This document shows positions 1-11,286 of a stretch of DNA of 64,000 nucleotides, piece after piece. Made by a program: the position numbers and the translations under genes. The DNA lies in NCBI GenBank assembly GCA_035623985.1, contig DASPSJ010000109.1:979-64978 (forward strand), in the 5' to 3' direction. Each line of letters begins with the position of its first letter. Positions within the stretch are counted from its first letter, which is position 1. Source of the stretch: Stellaceae bacterium. GTDB lineage: Bacteria > Pseudomonadota > Alphaproteobacteria > ATCC43930 > CGMCC-115725. The notes under the pieces were generated by a model, which saw only the letters and a program-made list of their open reading frames with translations, did not search any database and had not been told where the DNA came from.

Positions 1-3
1 GCC

Positions 4-714
4 ATGACCGCGGCGTGGACGGCAACCGTGCTGACCATCTTCCCGGAGATGTTTCCCGGGCCGCTGGGTCATTCGCTCGCCGGCAAGGCGCTGCGCGAGG
101 GGCTGTGGCGGCTCGAGACGGTGGACATTCGCGCTTTCGCGCGCGATAAACACCGCTCTGTCGACGACGCGCCTTTCGGCGGCGGTCCCGGCATGGTGAT
201 GCGTCCCGACGTCGTCGACGCCGCCGTCGCGGGCGCGACGGGGCCGGGTCCGCTGATCTATCTCTCGCCGCGCGGCCGGCCGTTGGACGAGGCGCGCGTT
301 CGAGCGCTCGCCGCGGGCGCCGGAGTGCGGCTGCTCTGCGGCCGCTTCGAAGGCGTCGACGAGCGCGTGATCGAGGCGCGGGCGATGGAGGAGATCTGCC
401 TCGGCGACTTCGTGCTGTCGGGGGGCGAGCCGGCGGCGATCGCGCTGGTCGACGCCTGCGTGCGGCTGCTGCCGGGCGTGGTCGGCGATGCCGGTGCGCT
501 GGCGGAGGAGAGTTTCGCGCGGGGATTGCTCGAATATCCCCATTACACCCGGCCGCAGAGCTGGCAGGGGCGCGCGGTTCCGGAAGTGCTGCTTTCGGGA
601 CATCACGAGGAGATCCGCCGCTGGCGCGAGGCGCAGGCGGAGGCGGCGACGCGCCAGCGCCGCCCGGATCTTTGGGAACGCCACCTTGCCCGGCGCGAGC
701 GGGCGGGGTCTTAG
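4..714 (+). CDS. trmD: tRNA (guanine37-N1)-methyltransferase
   Basis: 236-aa ORF with '[14 protein letters not shown]', '[11 protein letters not shown]' and '[12 protein letters not shown]' TrmD-type motifs. It is followed by rplS, as in the conserved trmD-rplS arrangement. Confidence 0.93.
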   Translation: MTAAWTATVLTIFPEMFPGPLGHSLAGKALREGLWRLETVDIRAFARDKHRSVDDAPFGGGPGMVMRPDVVDAAVAGATGPGPLIYLSPRGRPLDEARVRALAAGAGVRLLCGRFEGVDERVIEARAMEEICLGDFVLSGGEPAAIALVDACVRLLPGVVGDAGALAEESFARGLLEYPHYTRPQSWQGRAVPEVLLSGHHEEIRRWREAQAEAATRQRRPDLWERHLARRERAGS

Positions 715-728
715 TCGGAGGTGATGCC

Positions 729-1175
729 ATGAACGTTATGCAGACGCTCGAGCAGGAAGAGATCAAGAAGGCGCTGGCCCGGCGGCCGGTGCCGGATTTC
801 GCGCCGGGCGACACGATCCGCGTCACCGTCGTGGTCGAAGAGGACAAGGCGACGGAGAAGCCGGAGAAGGGGGCGAAGGAGGAGAAGCCGCATCGCCGCA
901 CGCAGGCCTTCGAAGGCATCTGCATCGCGCGCAAGAACGCCGGCATCAACTCCAGCTTCACCTTGCGCAAGATTTCCTACGGCGAGGGGGTCGAGCGCGT
1001 CTTCCCGCTCTATTCGCCGCGCATCACCGCCATCGAGGTCGTGCGCCAGGGCTCGGTGCGCCGCGCCAAGCTCTATTATCTGCGCGGCCGCCGGGGCAAA
1101 TCGGCGCGCATCGCCGAGCGCGAGCACGAAACCGGCGAAGCTGCCGCTTCCGGCGCCGAGAAGGGGGAGCAATAG
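729..1175 (+). CDS. rplS: 50S ribosomal protein L19 (with internal Lys/Glu-rich insertion and C-terminal tail)
   Basis: Lies in the frame of ORF 672..1175, with the start placed at ATG 729 ([11 protein letters not shown]...). L19 core motifs are '[10 protein letters not shown]', '[21 protein letters not shown]' and '[18 protein letters not shown]'. Confidence 0.92.
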   Translation: MNVMQTLEQEEIKKALARRPVPDFAPGDTIRVTVVVEEDKATEKPEKGAKEEKPHRRTQAFEGICIARKNAGINSSFTLRKISYGEGVERVFPLYSPRITAIEVVRQGSVRRAKLYYLRGRRGKSARIAEREHETGEAAASGAEKGEQ

Positions 1176-1221
1176 CCGCTCTCCGGGGGGACAGAGCAAG
1201 GCGATGGCAGGAGTGGGAACG

Positions 1222-2628
1222 ATGGCAGGACCGCGCACGCTGTTCGACAAGATCTGGGAGAGCCATGTGGTGGACCGTCAGGCGGACGGCACCTGCCTCA
1301 TCTACATCGACCGCCATCTCGTGCACGAGGTGACGAGCCCGCAGGCCTTCGAGGGCCTGCGCGCCAACGGCCGCAAGGTGCGCCGCCCCGAGCTCACCGT
1401 CGCGGTGGCCGATCACAACGTGCCGACCACCGACCGCAGCCATGGCATCGCCGAGCCCGAGAGCCGGCTCCAGGTCGAGACGCTCGAGCGCAACGTCAAG
1501 GAGTTCGGCATTCCCTATTTCGCCATCGACGACATTCGCCAGGGCATCGTCCACATCATCGGCCCCGAGCAGGGCATGACCCAGCCCGGCATGACCATCG
1601 TCTGCGGCGACAGCCACACCGCGACCCACGGCGCCTTTGGCGCGCTCGCCTTCGGCATCGGCACCTCGGAGGTGGAGCACGTGTTGGCGACGCAGACGCT
1701 GATCCAGCAGCCGGCCAAGAACATGCGCATCACGGTGGAGGGCGACCTTCCCTTTGGCGTCGTCGCCAAGGATCTGGTCCTTGCCGTCATCGGCCGGATC
1801 GGCACCGCCGGCGGCACCGGCCACGTCATCGAATACGCCGGCAGCGCCGTCCGCAAGCTCTCCATGGAGGGGCGGATGACGGTGTGCAACATGACGATTG
1901 AGGCCGGCGCGCGCGCCGGCCTCATCGCGCCGGACGAGACCACCTTCGCCTATCTCAGGGGCCGGCCGCACGCGCCCAAGGGCGCCGCCTGGGAGCAGGC
2001 GATGGCGTTCTGGCGGACGCTGCCCTCCGATCCCGGCGCGCGCTACGACACCGAAGTATCGCTCGCCGCCGCCGAGATCGCGCCGCAAGTCACCTGGGGC
2101 ACCAGCCCGCAGGACGTGCTGCCGATCACCGGCAGCGTTCCCGACCCGGCCGGAGAGGCCGACCAGAACCGGCGCGCGGCGATGGCGCGCTCGCTGGAAT
2201 ATATGGGGCTCACGCCGGGAACCCGGCTGGTCGACCTCAAGGTGCAGCGCGTCTTCATCGGCTCCTGCACCAACGGCCGCATCGAGGATCTGCGCGCCGC
2301 CGCCGCCGTGGCCAAGGGCCGCAAGGTGGCGGCGGGCGTCAACGCCCTGGTGGTGCCGGGCTCGGGCCTGGTGAAGCACCAGGCGGAGGAGGAGGGGCTC
2401 GACCGCGTGTTCCTCGCCGCGGGCTTCGAATGGCGCGAGCCCGGCTGCTCGATGTGCCTTGCCATGAACCCGGACAAGCTCGAGCCGGGCGAGCGCTGCG
2501 CCTCGACCTCGAACCGCAATTTCGAAGGCCGGCAGGGCCGCGGCGGGCGCACGCATCTCGTGAGCCCCGCCATGGCCGCGGCCGCCGCGGTCACGGGCCG
2601 GCTCGCCGACGTCCGCGATCTCGGCTGA
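1222..2628 (+). CDS. leuC: 3-isopropylmalate dehydratase large subunit
   Basis: Motifs '[13 protein letters not shown]', '[17 protein letters not shown]', 'CGDSHT', '[12 protein letters not shown]' and '[10 protein letters not shown]'. The start is placed at ATG 1222 behind GGAG; ATG 1204 is an alternative. Confidence 0.93.
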   Translation: MAGPRTLFDKIWESHVVDRQADGTCLIYIDRHLVHEVTSPQAFEGLRANGRKVRRPELTVAVADHNVPTTDRSHGIAEPESRLQVETLERNVKEFGIPYFAIDDIRQGIVHIIGPEQGMTQPGMTIVCGDSHTATHGAFGALAFGIGTSEVEHVLATQTLIQQPAKNMRITVEGDLPFGVVAKDLVLAVIGRIGTAGGTGHVIEYAGSAVRKLSMEGRMTVCNMTIEAGARAGLIAPDETTFAYLRGRPHAPKGAAWEQAMAFWRTLPSDPGARYDTEVSLAAAEIAPQVTWGTSPQDVLPITGSVPDPAGEADQNRRAAMARSLEYMGLTPGTRLVDLKVQRVFIGSCTNGRIEDLRAAAAVAKGRKVAAGVNALVVPGSGLVKHQAEEEGLDRVFLAAGFEWREPGCSMCLAMNPDKLEPGERCASTSNRNFEGRQGRGGRTHLVSPAMAAAAAVTGRLADVRDLG

Positions 2629-2639
2629 GGGAGGCCTCG

Positions 2640-3251
2640 ATGGACAAGTTCACCACGCTCGACGGGATCGCCGCGCCGCTGCCGATGATCAACGTCGACA
2701 CCGACAAGATCATTCCCAAGCAGCATTTGAAGACGATCAAGCGCAGCGGGCTCGGCAAGGTGCTGTTCGACGAGCTGCGCTATCGCGAGGACGGCTCGGA
2801 GAATCCGGACTTCATCCTCAACCAGCCCGCCTACCGCCAGGCCAAGCTGCTGGTCGCCGGCGAGAATTTCGGCTGCGGCAGTTCGCGCGAGCACGCGCCC
2901 TGGGCGCTGATGGATTTCGGCATCCGCTGCGTCATCGCCGCGAGCTTCGCCGACATCTTCTACAACAACTGCTTCAAGAACGGCATCCTGCCGATCAGGC
3001 TGCCGCAGGCGGTCGTCGATCGGCTCATGGACGACGCGCGCAAGGGCGCCAACGCGCGGCTCAGCGTCGATCTCGACAAGCAGACCATCACCCGGCCCGA
3101 CGGCGGCGTCATCGCCTTCGACATCGATCCCTTCCGCAAGCACTGCCTGCTGAACGGTCTCGACGACGTCGGCCTCACCCTCGAGAAGGCGCCGTCGATC
3201 GCCGCTTTCGAGGAGAAGAACAAACTGAACCGGCCCTGGCTCGGATCCTGA
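2640..3251 (+). CDS. leuD: 3-isopropylmalate dehydratase small subunit
   Basis: Start at ATG 2640 (MDKFTTLDG...). '[17 protein letters not shown]' is the LeuD motif. The gene lies directly after leuC. Confidence 0.93.
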   Translation: MDKFTTLDGIAAPLPMINVDTDKIIPKQHLKTIKRSGLGKVLFDELRYREDGSENPDFILNQPAYRQAKLLVAGENFGCGSSREHAPWALMDFGIRCVIAASFADIFYNNCFKNGILPIRLPQAVVDRLMDDARKGANARLSVDLDKQTITRPDGGVIAFDIDPFRKHCLLNGLDDVGLTLEKAPSIAAFEEKNKLNRPWLGS

Positions 3252-3276
3252 GCGGCGCGCGGAAAGGGAGAAGAAC

Positions 3277-4386
<1,110 letters not shown>

Positions 4387-4429
4387 GGGCGGGGAGGGAA
4401 CTCGGACGGCGTCCTATGCCAGCGGGCGT

Positions 4430-5260
4430 CTATTGCGCCGCGAGCGCCGCCGCCTCGCCGTGCCGCGGCGGCGCGAGTTCCGGCCCGAAGACGCGTTCGC
4501 GATTGAGCCAGCGGTCGACCAGCGCGGGATCGCGGAGGATGGCGGCCACCGCCTGGGTGAGTTCGACGAGATCGTCTTGCAGCCCCATGTCGCGCAGGAT
4601 GCCGCGCAGGCCGGCCTGATCGCCGAGGATGAAGTATTGCGCGAAGAGAAAGATCTCGACCGGCGCGTCGAGCCCGTCGAGCCCGGCGAGATAGGCCCGG
4701 TGGCAGGCATCGCCGTCGCTCGCCATCATCGCCCGGCACATCAGCGGCCGGTCGTCATAGACCGAGCAGCGCTTGTCCTCGCCGAGCAACGCGCAAGCCG
4801 CGCCGGTGCGCCGTCGCTCGCGCTCGGCAAGGCCGCGGAAGCGGTCGGCGTTCTCCAGCACGCGGCGGCGGCGGGGATCGGCGGGATCGGCGAGATGGGC
4901 GGCGACCAAAATCGCTTCGGGGATGGTCGCCTCGACGCTCTGATGGCAGCACCAGGCGCAGCCGCTCTTGCAGCCGAGCCTGGGCGCGCTGCCGGCGACC
5001 TCGTCGAGCGTCTGCTGCGCGCGGCCGAACACCAGCAGCTTCAGCAGCGCCAGCACCGTGCGCAGCGTGCTCGAGGGGTCGGCGGCGATCTCGCGCGCCG
5101 CCATGACGATGCCGGCGCCGCGGGTGACCCCGGCAAGCCGCTTCACCAGCGCCTCGAGCTCGGCATCGACCGGCTGCGGCATGCCGAAGGGCAGGCGCAG
5201 GCCGATATCGTCTATGGCGCGAAACGGGGTCTGGTCGGCGTCTTGCATCGCGGGTTCCAT
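4430..5260 (-). CDS. YkgJ/UPF0153-type cysteine-cluster (putative Zn/Fe-chelating) protein
   Basis: Cys clusters 'CKSGCAWCCHQ' and 'CALLGEDKRCSVYDDRPLMCR' are typical of the YkgJ family. The start could be M1 or M5. Confidence 0.6.
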   Translation of the reverse strand: MEPAMQDADQTPFRAIDDIGLRLPFGMPQPVDAELEALVKRLAGVTRGAGIVMAAREIAADPSSTLRTVLALLKLLVFGRAQQTLDEVAGSAPRLGCKSGCAWCCHQSVEATIPEAILVAAHLADPADPRRRRVLENADRFRGLAERERRRTGAACALLGEDKRCSVYDDRPLMCRAMMASDGDACHRAYLAGLDGLDAPVEIFLFAQYFILGDQAGLRGILRDMGLQDDLVELTQAVAAILRDPALVDRWLNRERVFGPELAPPRHGEAAALAAQ

Positions 5261-5369
5261 GGTCTCGAAGGCCGGGTTGGCGACGAAGCCTAACCCGTCC
5301 CTCCTAAGGAATTATTAACCACAAGGCGTGGGATGCCAAGGCTTGCACCGCGATGCGGGGAATGCTTCG

Positions 5370-6389
5370 ATGGCGGCCATGGAACGGGGCTATGCCGCGC
5401 TGGCGCGGCTCTACAACGCCTGGATCATCGGGCTCATCCTGACGGTGGTGACCGCGGTCGGCACGGCGGAAGCCGCGGAGCTGGTGTTCCGCCTGTTCCG
5501 CCGCCAGCATCGCGAGAAATTCCTCCCGGGCCTCGCCAAGCTCGGCCTTGCCGGCCTGCCCGACGCGGTGGCCGCCGCGCGCTATCACTATCTCTCCAAC
5601 CGCATCGGCGGCGTGCGCGTCGAATATATCGAGGAAAGCCCGCGCAAGGCCTGGGTTCGCTATCCGCCGCCGCGCTGGATGTGGCAGGGGACGGCGCTCT
5701 GCGCCGTGCCGAGCGAGGTGTCGCGGGCGATGCTGCGCGGCTGGCACGCCCATAACGGCGTGACGCTCGGCAATCCCGGCCTCGGCTTCGTCTGCACCAA
5801 GCAGACGGTGGACGAGCAGGATGCGCTCGAAGGCTATTTCCAGGATTACGGCCGTCCGCTCGCGCCGGAGGAGCGGCTGCGCTTTTCCCCGGGGGAAGAG
5901 GCGCCGCTCTTCGATCCCGCCGCCGCGCCGCGCCTGCCGGAAGGCGAATGGTCGCCCGAGCGCCTCGCCAAGGCGCAGCGCAACTACGCGCTCGAGTATG
6001 TGCGCAGCGCGCTGCCGGAGCTCTATGGCCTTTTCGGCGCGGAGCAGGCCGGCGCGCTCGCCGGCCGCGCGGCCTATCTCGTGGGCATGCAGTTCTGCGA
6101 GGAGATCAAGGCCGAGCTTGGCGTGAGCCAAGGCGGCGCCGAGGGATTCGCCGAGCTGTTCCGCCTTCTGGCCGCGGCGCAAGGCGAGGCGGCGGAAGTC
6201 GCGCGCGACGGCGAGACGATCCTGATCCGCCAGCGCTCCTGGCGCCTGCTGCCGCGCGGCGAGGCGGACGGGTTTCAGCCGTGGAACCGGCTCTGGGAAG
6301 GCGGCCTCGCCGCCCATGACCGCCGCCTGCGCTGGAGCGTGGCGGCGCGCGAGGAGGGCGAGATCGTCTGGCGGCTGGCGCGGCGGTGA
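5370..6389 (+). CDS. hypothetical protein with N-terminal TM helix
   Basis: Long ORF with coding-like composition (not Arg/Ala shadow-like) and an N-terminal hydrophobic segment 'WIIGLILTVVTAVG'. No family was recognised. The start is uncertain (5328 or 5370). Confidence 0.5.
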   Translation: MAAMERGYAALARLYNAWIIGLILTVVTAVGTAEAAELVFRLFRRQHREKFLPGLAKLGLAGLPDAVAAARYHYLSNRIGGVRVEYIEESPRKAWVRYPPPRWMWQGTALCAVPSEVSRAMLRGWHAHNGVTLGNPGLGFVCTKQTVDEQDALEGYFQDYGRPLAPEERLRFSPGEEAPLFDPAAAPRLPEGEWSPERLAKAQRNYALEYVRSALPELYGLFGAEQAGALAGRAAYLVGMQFCEEIKAELGVSQGGAEGFAELFRLLAAAQGEAAEVARDGETILIRQRSWRLLPRGEADGFQPWNRLWEGGLAAHDRRLRWSVAAREEGEIVWRLARR

Positions 6390-6593
6390 GCGGCGGCCGT
6401 CGCGAGGGTAACGCGCGCGCCGCCGACCCGAACGACAACGATGGGCTCGCCGTCATCCGGAACCCGACCGACGGACGGTCGCCGCTTCGGCCCCGCGTTT
6501 GCGGGCGAGAGGATTTCGGCGCGGCATGATTGCGCGTTGCATGAGCGCGTGGCAATTTGCGATTGCCATTTGCGGTCGTGGGGGAGACGGACA

Positions 6594-7853
6594 ATGGCAC
6601 AAGCAAATCCGCTCACGTCCGGCGACGCTCGTCCCGATCGGACGAGCGCGTCGTCCGCGTGCGATGCCTTCGATCGGCCCGACGCTCCGCCTTTTGGATG
6701 GCGCCGCGTCCTCACGCAAGCTTGCCATGACCTTTACGGGACGAAGGACGTTCAGGATGCGATCACCGCCAGCTATGTCTGGATGGCCGATCAAATCGGC
6801 CATCTGACGCTCGGACTGGTGCCGACGCTGCTGCTCTGCTGGATCTTGTACCTCGCGCTGTCGGCGGTAGGGATCGCCGCCCATTGGTGGGAATTCGCCA
6901 TCGTCGCCGGCGCGATCTTCGCCTATTGGATCAAAAAAGAGCTGGACGACCTGAAAGAGACGCGAGGCCGCGCCGGCAACGTTTTCCCGTTCGATTCGGG
7001 CGACATCGTCTGGAACGTGAAGACCGCCCTGCTTTATTTCGCGATCGGGGGCCTCTTCGGTCTCGCGGCCTTCATGTCCTGGCGTTGGTTGCTGCTTTGC
7101 GTCGTGCTGGCATTGTGGCCGATCGCGATCGTCGCGTTCTGGTGGCTGCGGCGCAAGCTCGCGTTCCAGCAGGCGGGGCTGCCTTATCTCTATCGCCTGG
7201 CCAATTTCACCAGCGCGCTCGAGCCTGCGCTCGTGGAGGTCGTCTGCCGGATCGCCAATCTCAGGAATCGCAAGATACGGCTCCTCGAGGTGCTGTTGGG
7301 TCGCGACGTCGCGCGGTCCGCGGACGCCGAGGTTCGGCACATGCTCATCACCGGCCCGCTCGGCGCCGGCAAAACCAGCCTCTGCGTCGGGATCGGCACC
7401 GAGTTCTCCTTCGCGCTGGGCAAGGCCCGCTACCTCACTGTGTCAAAGCTTGTGCAGCTCGTGCTCGACGGCCGCGGCGACGGCAACGATCGCGAGTACG
7501 ATGACGGCCGCGTGTTGTGGCGCTGGAGGGATTGCGAGCTGCTGGCGATCGACGATGTCGACGCAGGCGTCAGCGTCCAGGCGCGCGACGCCGCGGACCC
7601 GTCGGCGCACCTCATCGAACCGGATACGCTGGTGAGAGCCTTGTCGGCCGGCGGATCGCGCCCCCCGCTCGATTGGCTCGGCCGGCGACGATCGGTCTGG
7701 GTGCTCGGCGATGCCGCGGGAGCCAAATCGTGGAGACGCGCGATCGCGGAGCTGATCGGGGTCCGCGAGGACGAGATCGCGGTCGTCGAACTCGCCGGCA
7801 AATTGGGCGCCGCCGAGCCGTCACTCCGCGCCAGGGGGAGACTCGTTGCATGA
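6594..7853 (+). CDS. membrane-anchored P-loop NTPase (DnaA/DnaC/IstB-like AAA+ core fused to a ~4-TM N-terminal domain)
   Basis: ATG 6594 is preceded by GGGGGAGA. Hydrophobic helices include 'LTLGLVPTLLLCWILYLALSAVGIAA', 'FAIVAGAIFAYWI', 'ALLYFAIGGLFGLAAFM' and 'LLLCVVLALWPIAIVAFWWL'. Walker A is 'ITGPLGAGKTSL' and Walker B is 'ELLAIDDVD'. Confidence 0.6.
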   Translation: MAQANPLTSGDARPDRTSASSACDAFDRPDAPPFGWRRVLTQACHDLYGTKDVQDAITASYVWMADQIGHLTLGLVPTLLLCWILYLALSAVGIAAHWWEFAIVAGAIFAYWIKKELDDLKETRGRAGNVFPFDSGDIVWNVKTALLYFAIGGLFGLAAFMSWRWLLLCVVLALWPIAIVAFWWLRRKLAFQQAGLPYLYRLANFTSALEPALVEVVCRIANLRNRKIRLLEVLLGRDVARSADAEVRHMLITGPLGAGKTSLCVGIGTEFSFALGKARYLTVSKLVQLVLDGRGDGNDREYDDGRVLWRWRDCELLAIDDVDAGVSVQARDAADPSAHLIEPDTLVRALSAGGSRPPLDWLGRRRSVWVLGDAAGAKSWRRAIAELIGVREDEIAVVELAGKLGAAEPSLRARGRLVA

Positions 7854-7952
7854 TTGCCGACCCCTCTCTCGGGCCGCTCGGGCGGGGCGAAGACCTTGCT
7901 TCCTCGCGCTTGCCCGAGCCGTCTCCCGGCGGGCCGGCAACGGAAGCGCAAA

Positions 7953-8768
7953 TCATGCATGGATCAAGGTGCCGACCGCTTCTCCCGCAAGCGCGCGCGT
8001 GAGATTGCCGGGAACCAGCCCGTTCACGATCCGGATGCTTTTCGCCAGCCTCGCCCGCGTCAGCAGGTCCAGGACGACGGGCTCGATCGGGAGGGTGGCA
8101 AGCCGCATGCCGCTCAACTCGGCGGCGCCGATTTCCGGAATGAGCTTTGCATTGGGATCGGTCTTCGGGTCGGCGGTGTAAACGCCGTCGACATCCTTCA
8201 AGAGGATGACGGCCCGTGCTCCGAAGACTTCGCCGACGAGATAGGAACCCGCATCGCTGCCGTGCGGCGGTATCTTGCCGATTGCGGGCGGATGTTCCCA
8301 GAGATCGTAGGGCGGAATGCCGTTGAATACGGCGCCTCGCGCCGCCGCCAGCATCGCGGGCAGCAATTGAACGATGAACGGCGCCTCAAGATAGACAAAT
8401 CCATGATTGGCCAGCAGGCAGGACACCATGTAGGCGTTCTGTGCCGACGATTTCGCGGCGAGCACCGCAAGCGCGCCCGTCGGCAACCCCAAGTCGAGGC
8501 CGACCGAAAGGATGTGGCGCGCACGCACGCCCGGGCCGACGCCGACCACCTGACTGTGGTCTTTCTGGTTGCGCACGATCTCATCCAACAGCGGCAAGAG
8601 GGCGGCACGGCCGCGGTCCATGATCGAGAGGCCGCCGATCTGGATCACGTTGAGGTCGGGGAGGATGGCCCGAACCGGACCTTGCGTGCCCGCAATGAGC
8701 TTCTTGTCCACCAGCGACTCCCGCATCAAGCGCGAGACGACGTGGTGCGCGCCGGTTTCCGTGTTCAT
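7953..8768 (-). CDS. mosA: molybdenum storage protein subunit, alpha-like (amino-acid-kinase/UMP-kinase fold)
   Basis: Start at MNTETG, sharing an ATGA overlap with the upstream gene's stop. Motifs 'VIQIGGLSIMDRGRAALLPLLDEI', 'GPGVRARHILSVGLDLGLP', 'VDGVYTADPKTDP' and 'IVNGLVPGNLTRALAGEAVGTLI' closely resemble my recollection of A. vinelandii MoSto subunits. Confidence 0.7.
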   Translation of the reverse strand: MNTETGAHHVVSRLMRESLVDKKLIAGTQGPVRAILPDLNVIQIGGLSIMDRGRAALLPLLDEIVRNQKDHSQVVGVGPGVRARHILSVGLDLGLPTGALAVLAAKSSAQNAYMVSCLLANHGFVYLEAPFIVQLLPAMLAAARGAVFNGIPPYDLWEHPPAIGKIPPHGSDAGSYLVGEVFGARAVILLKDVDGVYTADPKTDPNAKLIPEIGAAELSGMRLATLPIEPVVLDLLTRARLAKSIRIVNGLVPGNLTRALAGEAVGTLIHA

Positions 8769-9622
8769 GCCGAACGCCCCCGAGCGGCCGCGTTGAAAAC
8801 GACCGTCCCGACCGGCTCGCCGTCCAAAGCGGCCGTCAACTGGCCGGGCTTGAGCCCGTTGACGAACTGGATTTCCCGAATGTTGCGCGCGTTGAGCATG
8901 AGCTCCAAAACCGCCCGCTCGACGATGAGGTCGTCGAGGTCTCGCGCCAGCAAATCCTGCAAGCTGATGCGCGGGACGTGCGTCGCCTCCGGATCCTTCT
9001 TGGGGTCCGCGGTGTAGAGCCCGTCTTCGTCCTTGACGAAGATCATCTTTCTCGCCCCGAGCACTTCCGCGATCAGGAAGCAGCCGGTATCGGTGCGCTG
9101 CGGCGGGATTTGCCCGAGGCGCGGATTGGACTCCCAAAGCTTGTAGGGCGGCATGCCTTGGCAGATGACGGCGCCTCGCTCCATGAGATAGTGCGGAAGC
9201 GACGCGAAGCCTTCGGGCTCAAGAAAGGCGATGCCGTGCTTCGCCAGCAGATATTGCAGCATCTGGGCGTTCTGCCAGGCGACCGCCGTGCCGAGCACGG
9301 TCAGAACCCCGACCGGAAGACCGAGATCGATCGCTAGGCTGTAGACGTGCCGGGCGCGGGTGCCGGCGCCGGTCCCCAGGATCATCTTGTGGCGATCGAG
9401 GTTGGCGACGATCTCGTCGATCAACGGACCGACCGCGCTTCGGCCCCGGTCCATGATGCTTTGTCCCCCGATCTTCACCACGTTCACCCAGGGAAGAATA
9501 GGCAGCGTCGGAATCTCCTCGGTCGCTCGCTGAAGCGCCGCGTCGCTCAGCGATCCGCTGACCAGCCGCCTGCCCAGATCGGTCAGCAATGCGTCGTCTT
9601 TCGCGCGATCCAGGTCAGGCAC
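8765..9622 (-). CDS. mosB: molybdenum storage protein subunit, beta-like
   Basis: GTG start at 9622 behind GGAGGA. Motifs 'VVKIGGQSIMDRGRSAVGPLIDEIV', 'GTGAGTRARHVYSLAIDLGLPVG', 'GMPPYKLW', 'MIFVKDEDGLYTADPKKDP' and 'FVNGLKPGQLTAALDGEPVGTVV'. It is a paralogue of the downstream gene. Confidence 0.7.
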   Translation of the reverse strand: MPDLDRAKDDALLTDLGRRLVSGSLSDAALQRATEEIPTLPILPWVNVVKIGGQSIMDRGRSAVGPLIDEIVANLDRHKMILGTGAGTRARHVYSLAIDLGLPVGVLTVLGTAVAWQNAQMLQYLLAKHGIAFLEPEGFASLPHYLMERGAVICQGMPPYKLWESNPRLGQIPPQRTDTGCFLIAEVLGARKMIFVKDEDGLYTADPKKDPEATHVPRISLQDLLARDLDDLIVERAVLELMLNARNIREIQFVNGLKPGQLTAALDGEPVGTVVFNAAARGRSA

Positions 9623-10406
9623 GTCCGTCCTCCCCGAATTTGAAGACTTGCAGCTCGAACGCGCTGGGCTCCGCCACGACGGCGTCGAGCGTACCGAAGG
9701 CCGCGACGGCCCAGGCTTCCAGCCTGCGCAACGCCTCGTCCCTGACCGGCTCCGCCAATGCCGAGAACCGCGCGCCCGTGCGATGGCGATCGAGGAAGCG
9801 GCGCGGCGTCCGCGCCGCGGTCCACGTCGCCGCGACAATCCGCGCGCGGCTTCTCGATCCGGCCTCGAGGCAGCGCAGCGCATCCTCGCGCGCATTCATC
9901 CGGTCGAGGTGGACGCCCATCTCCTCGAGAATGGCTTTCGCGCGCCGTTTCATTCGAGCATCGAGGCCGTCCTCGGGCGCCACCGAGCGGCCCACGCACA
10001 CCGTTCCGGCCGCCCGCAGGACGCGCTTCGCCTCGGCCACGAAGCGGCGCCAGTCCGTCAATCCGGCGAACACTTGAATCAGCAGGATGGCGTCGAATGT
10101 CCCGTCGCGAAACGGCAGAAGCTGCCCGTCCGATTGGACCAGCCGGGGCCTATGCCCATGGCGCGACGCCGCGCGTCCGACAAATTCCCGCAGCATCCCC
10201 AATGACAGATCGACGCCGACATAATCGTCCTTCGCCAAGACAAAGGGCCAACCGATCCGTCCGGTGCCGGCGCCGAGATCGAGGAGACGCGGCCGCGAGG
10301 TCGCTGCGATGGCGGCGAGGACAGCCGATCGGATCGCGTCCGGCACGCCGTCGGGCAGGGCGCGATAGCGATCAAAGGTCGGAGCCACGGCGTCGAACAC
10401 GGCCAT
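9615..10406 (-). CDS. class I SAM-dependent methyltransferase
   Basis: Motif I 'LLDLGAGTGRIG' and 'FDAILLIQVF'. Its stop overlaps the mosB GTG start by 8 nt. Confidence 0.8.
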   Translation of the reverse strand: MAVFDAVAPTFDRYRALPDGVPDAIRSAVLAAIAATSRPRLLDLGAGTGRIGWPFVLAKDDYVGVDLSLGMLREFVGRAASRHGHRPRLVQSDGQLLPFRDGTFDAILLIQVFAGLTDWRRFVAEAKRVLRAAGTVCVGRSVAPEDGLDARMKRRAKAILEEMGVHLDRMNAREDALRCLEAGSRSRARIVAATWTAARTPRRFLDRHRTGARFSALAEPVRDEALRRLEAWAVAAFGTLDAVVAEPSAFELQVFKFGEDGRA

Positions 10407-10644
10407 GGACGTGGTTCCCTAATCCCTGGTGAAGGGGCGGGACAATACTGCTCCCTCGGGCAAGCGATCTTGGCAGAGCACGTTTCGGTAGTCGAGGAGA
10501 AAACGACAACCCACGCGAGCGCACGCCCCGCGCCCAAGCCCGCCTCCTAGAATCATGATTTCGACCGATTTTAAATCCGGCGTAGGATCACGCCTCAGTC
10601 ATCCGGGCGGCAACCCCGAGCCGTCCTCTTGTGGCGAAGCAGCG

Positions 10645-11286
10645 ATGCCGGAAAATGAATACCCGCCGCCGAAACCTGCCGCTGCCGCCCCATGCGGGGC
10701 CGTCCAGCTCTTTCTCCTGTTCTCGCAACTCGGCCTTTCGAGCTTCGGCGGCGGCGTTCCCGCCTGGATGCACAGGGCGTTCGTGCAGCGGCGCGGCTGG
10801 ATAGGGGAAGGCGAGTTTTCCGCGGCCTTGGCCCTGGCGCGCCTCATGCCGGGCGTCAATGTCATCAACCTTGCGGTCCTGATCGGCCAGCGCTTGAAGG
10901 GGGCGGCGGGCGCCGCCGCCGGGCTGCTCGGACTGACGATCGCGCCGAGCGCCGCGGTGATCGGCTTGGCGGCTCTCTATGACCGGTTCGCCGGAACGAC
11001 CGGCCTCGCCGTCATGCTCGAAGGCTGCGCCGTGGCCGCGGCGGGACTCCTCATCGGCATGGGGCTCCAATCCGGCGGACGCATCATCGCCAAGGGCTTG
11101 AGGCGGCGCGCTCGTTCGCCTCACAGCATCGGCGCGCCTGCAATCCTTGCCGTGGTCTTCGTCGCCGTCGGCGTGCTTCATCTGCCCACGGTTGCGACGG
11201 TGCTGTGTCTCTCCCCGCTGAGCATCGCGCTGGCCTTCCGCTACGGCAGCGCCTCGCGACCGGACGCCCGCGATGACCGACGATAG
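10645..11286 (+). CDS. chromate-ion-transporter (CHR) family protein, short-chain half 1
   Basis: 'LGLSSFGGGVPAWMHRAFVQRRGWIGEGEF' and 'LARLMPGVNVINLAVLIG' are CHR-domain motifs. The gene is paired with, and overlaps, the next CHR half. Confidence 0.75.
   Translation: MPENEYPPPKPAAAAPCGAVQLFLLFSQLGLSSFGGGVPAWMHRAFVQRRGWIGEGEFSAALALARLMPGVNVINLAVLIGQRLKGAAGAAAGLLGLTIAPSAAVIGLAALYDRFAGTTGLAVMLEGCAVAAAGLLIGMGLQSGGRIIAKGLRRRARSPHSIGAPAILAVVFVAVGVLHLPTVATVLCLSPLSIALAFRYGSASRPDARDDRR

Noticed and set aside
10407-10644. Molybdenum-cofactor riboswitch or ModE box in the divergent region between the MTase-mosBA operon and the CHR genes.
   Set aside because: I could not recognise the conserved Moco-motif helices or a TATAT-N-ATATA-type ModE palindrome by eye. 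A covariance-model scan would be needed.
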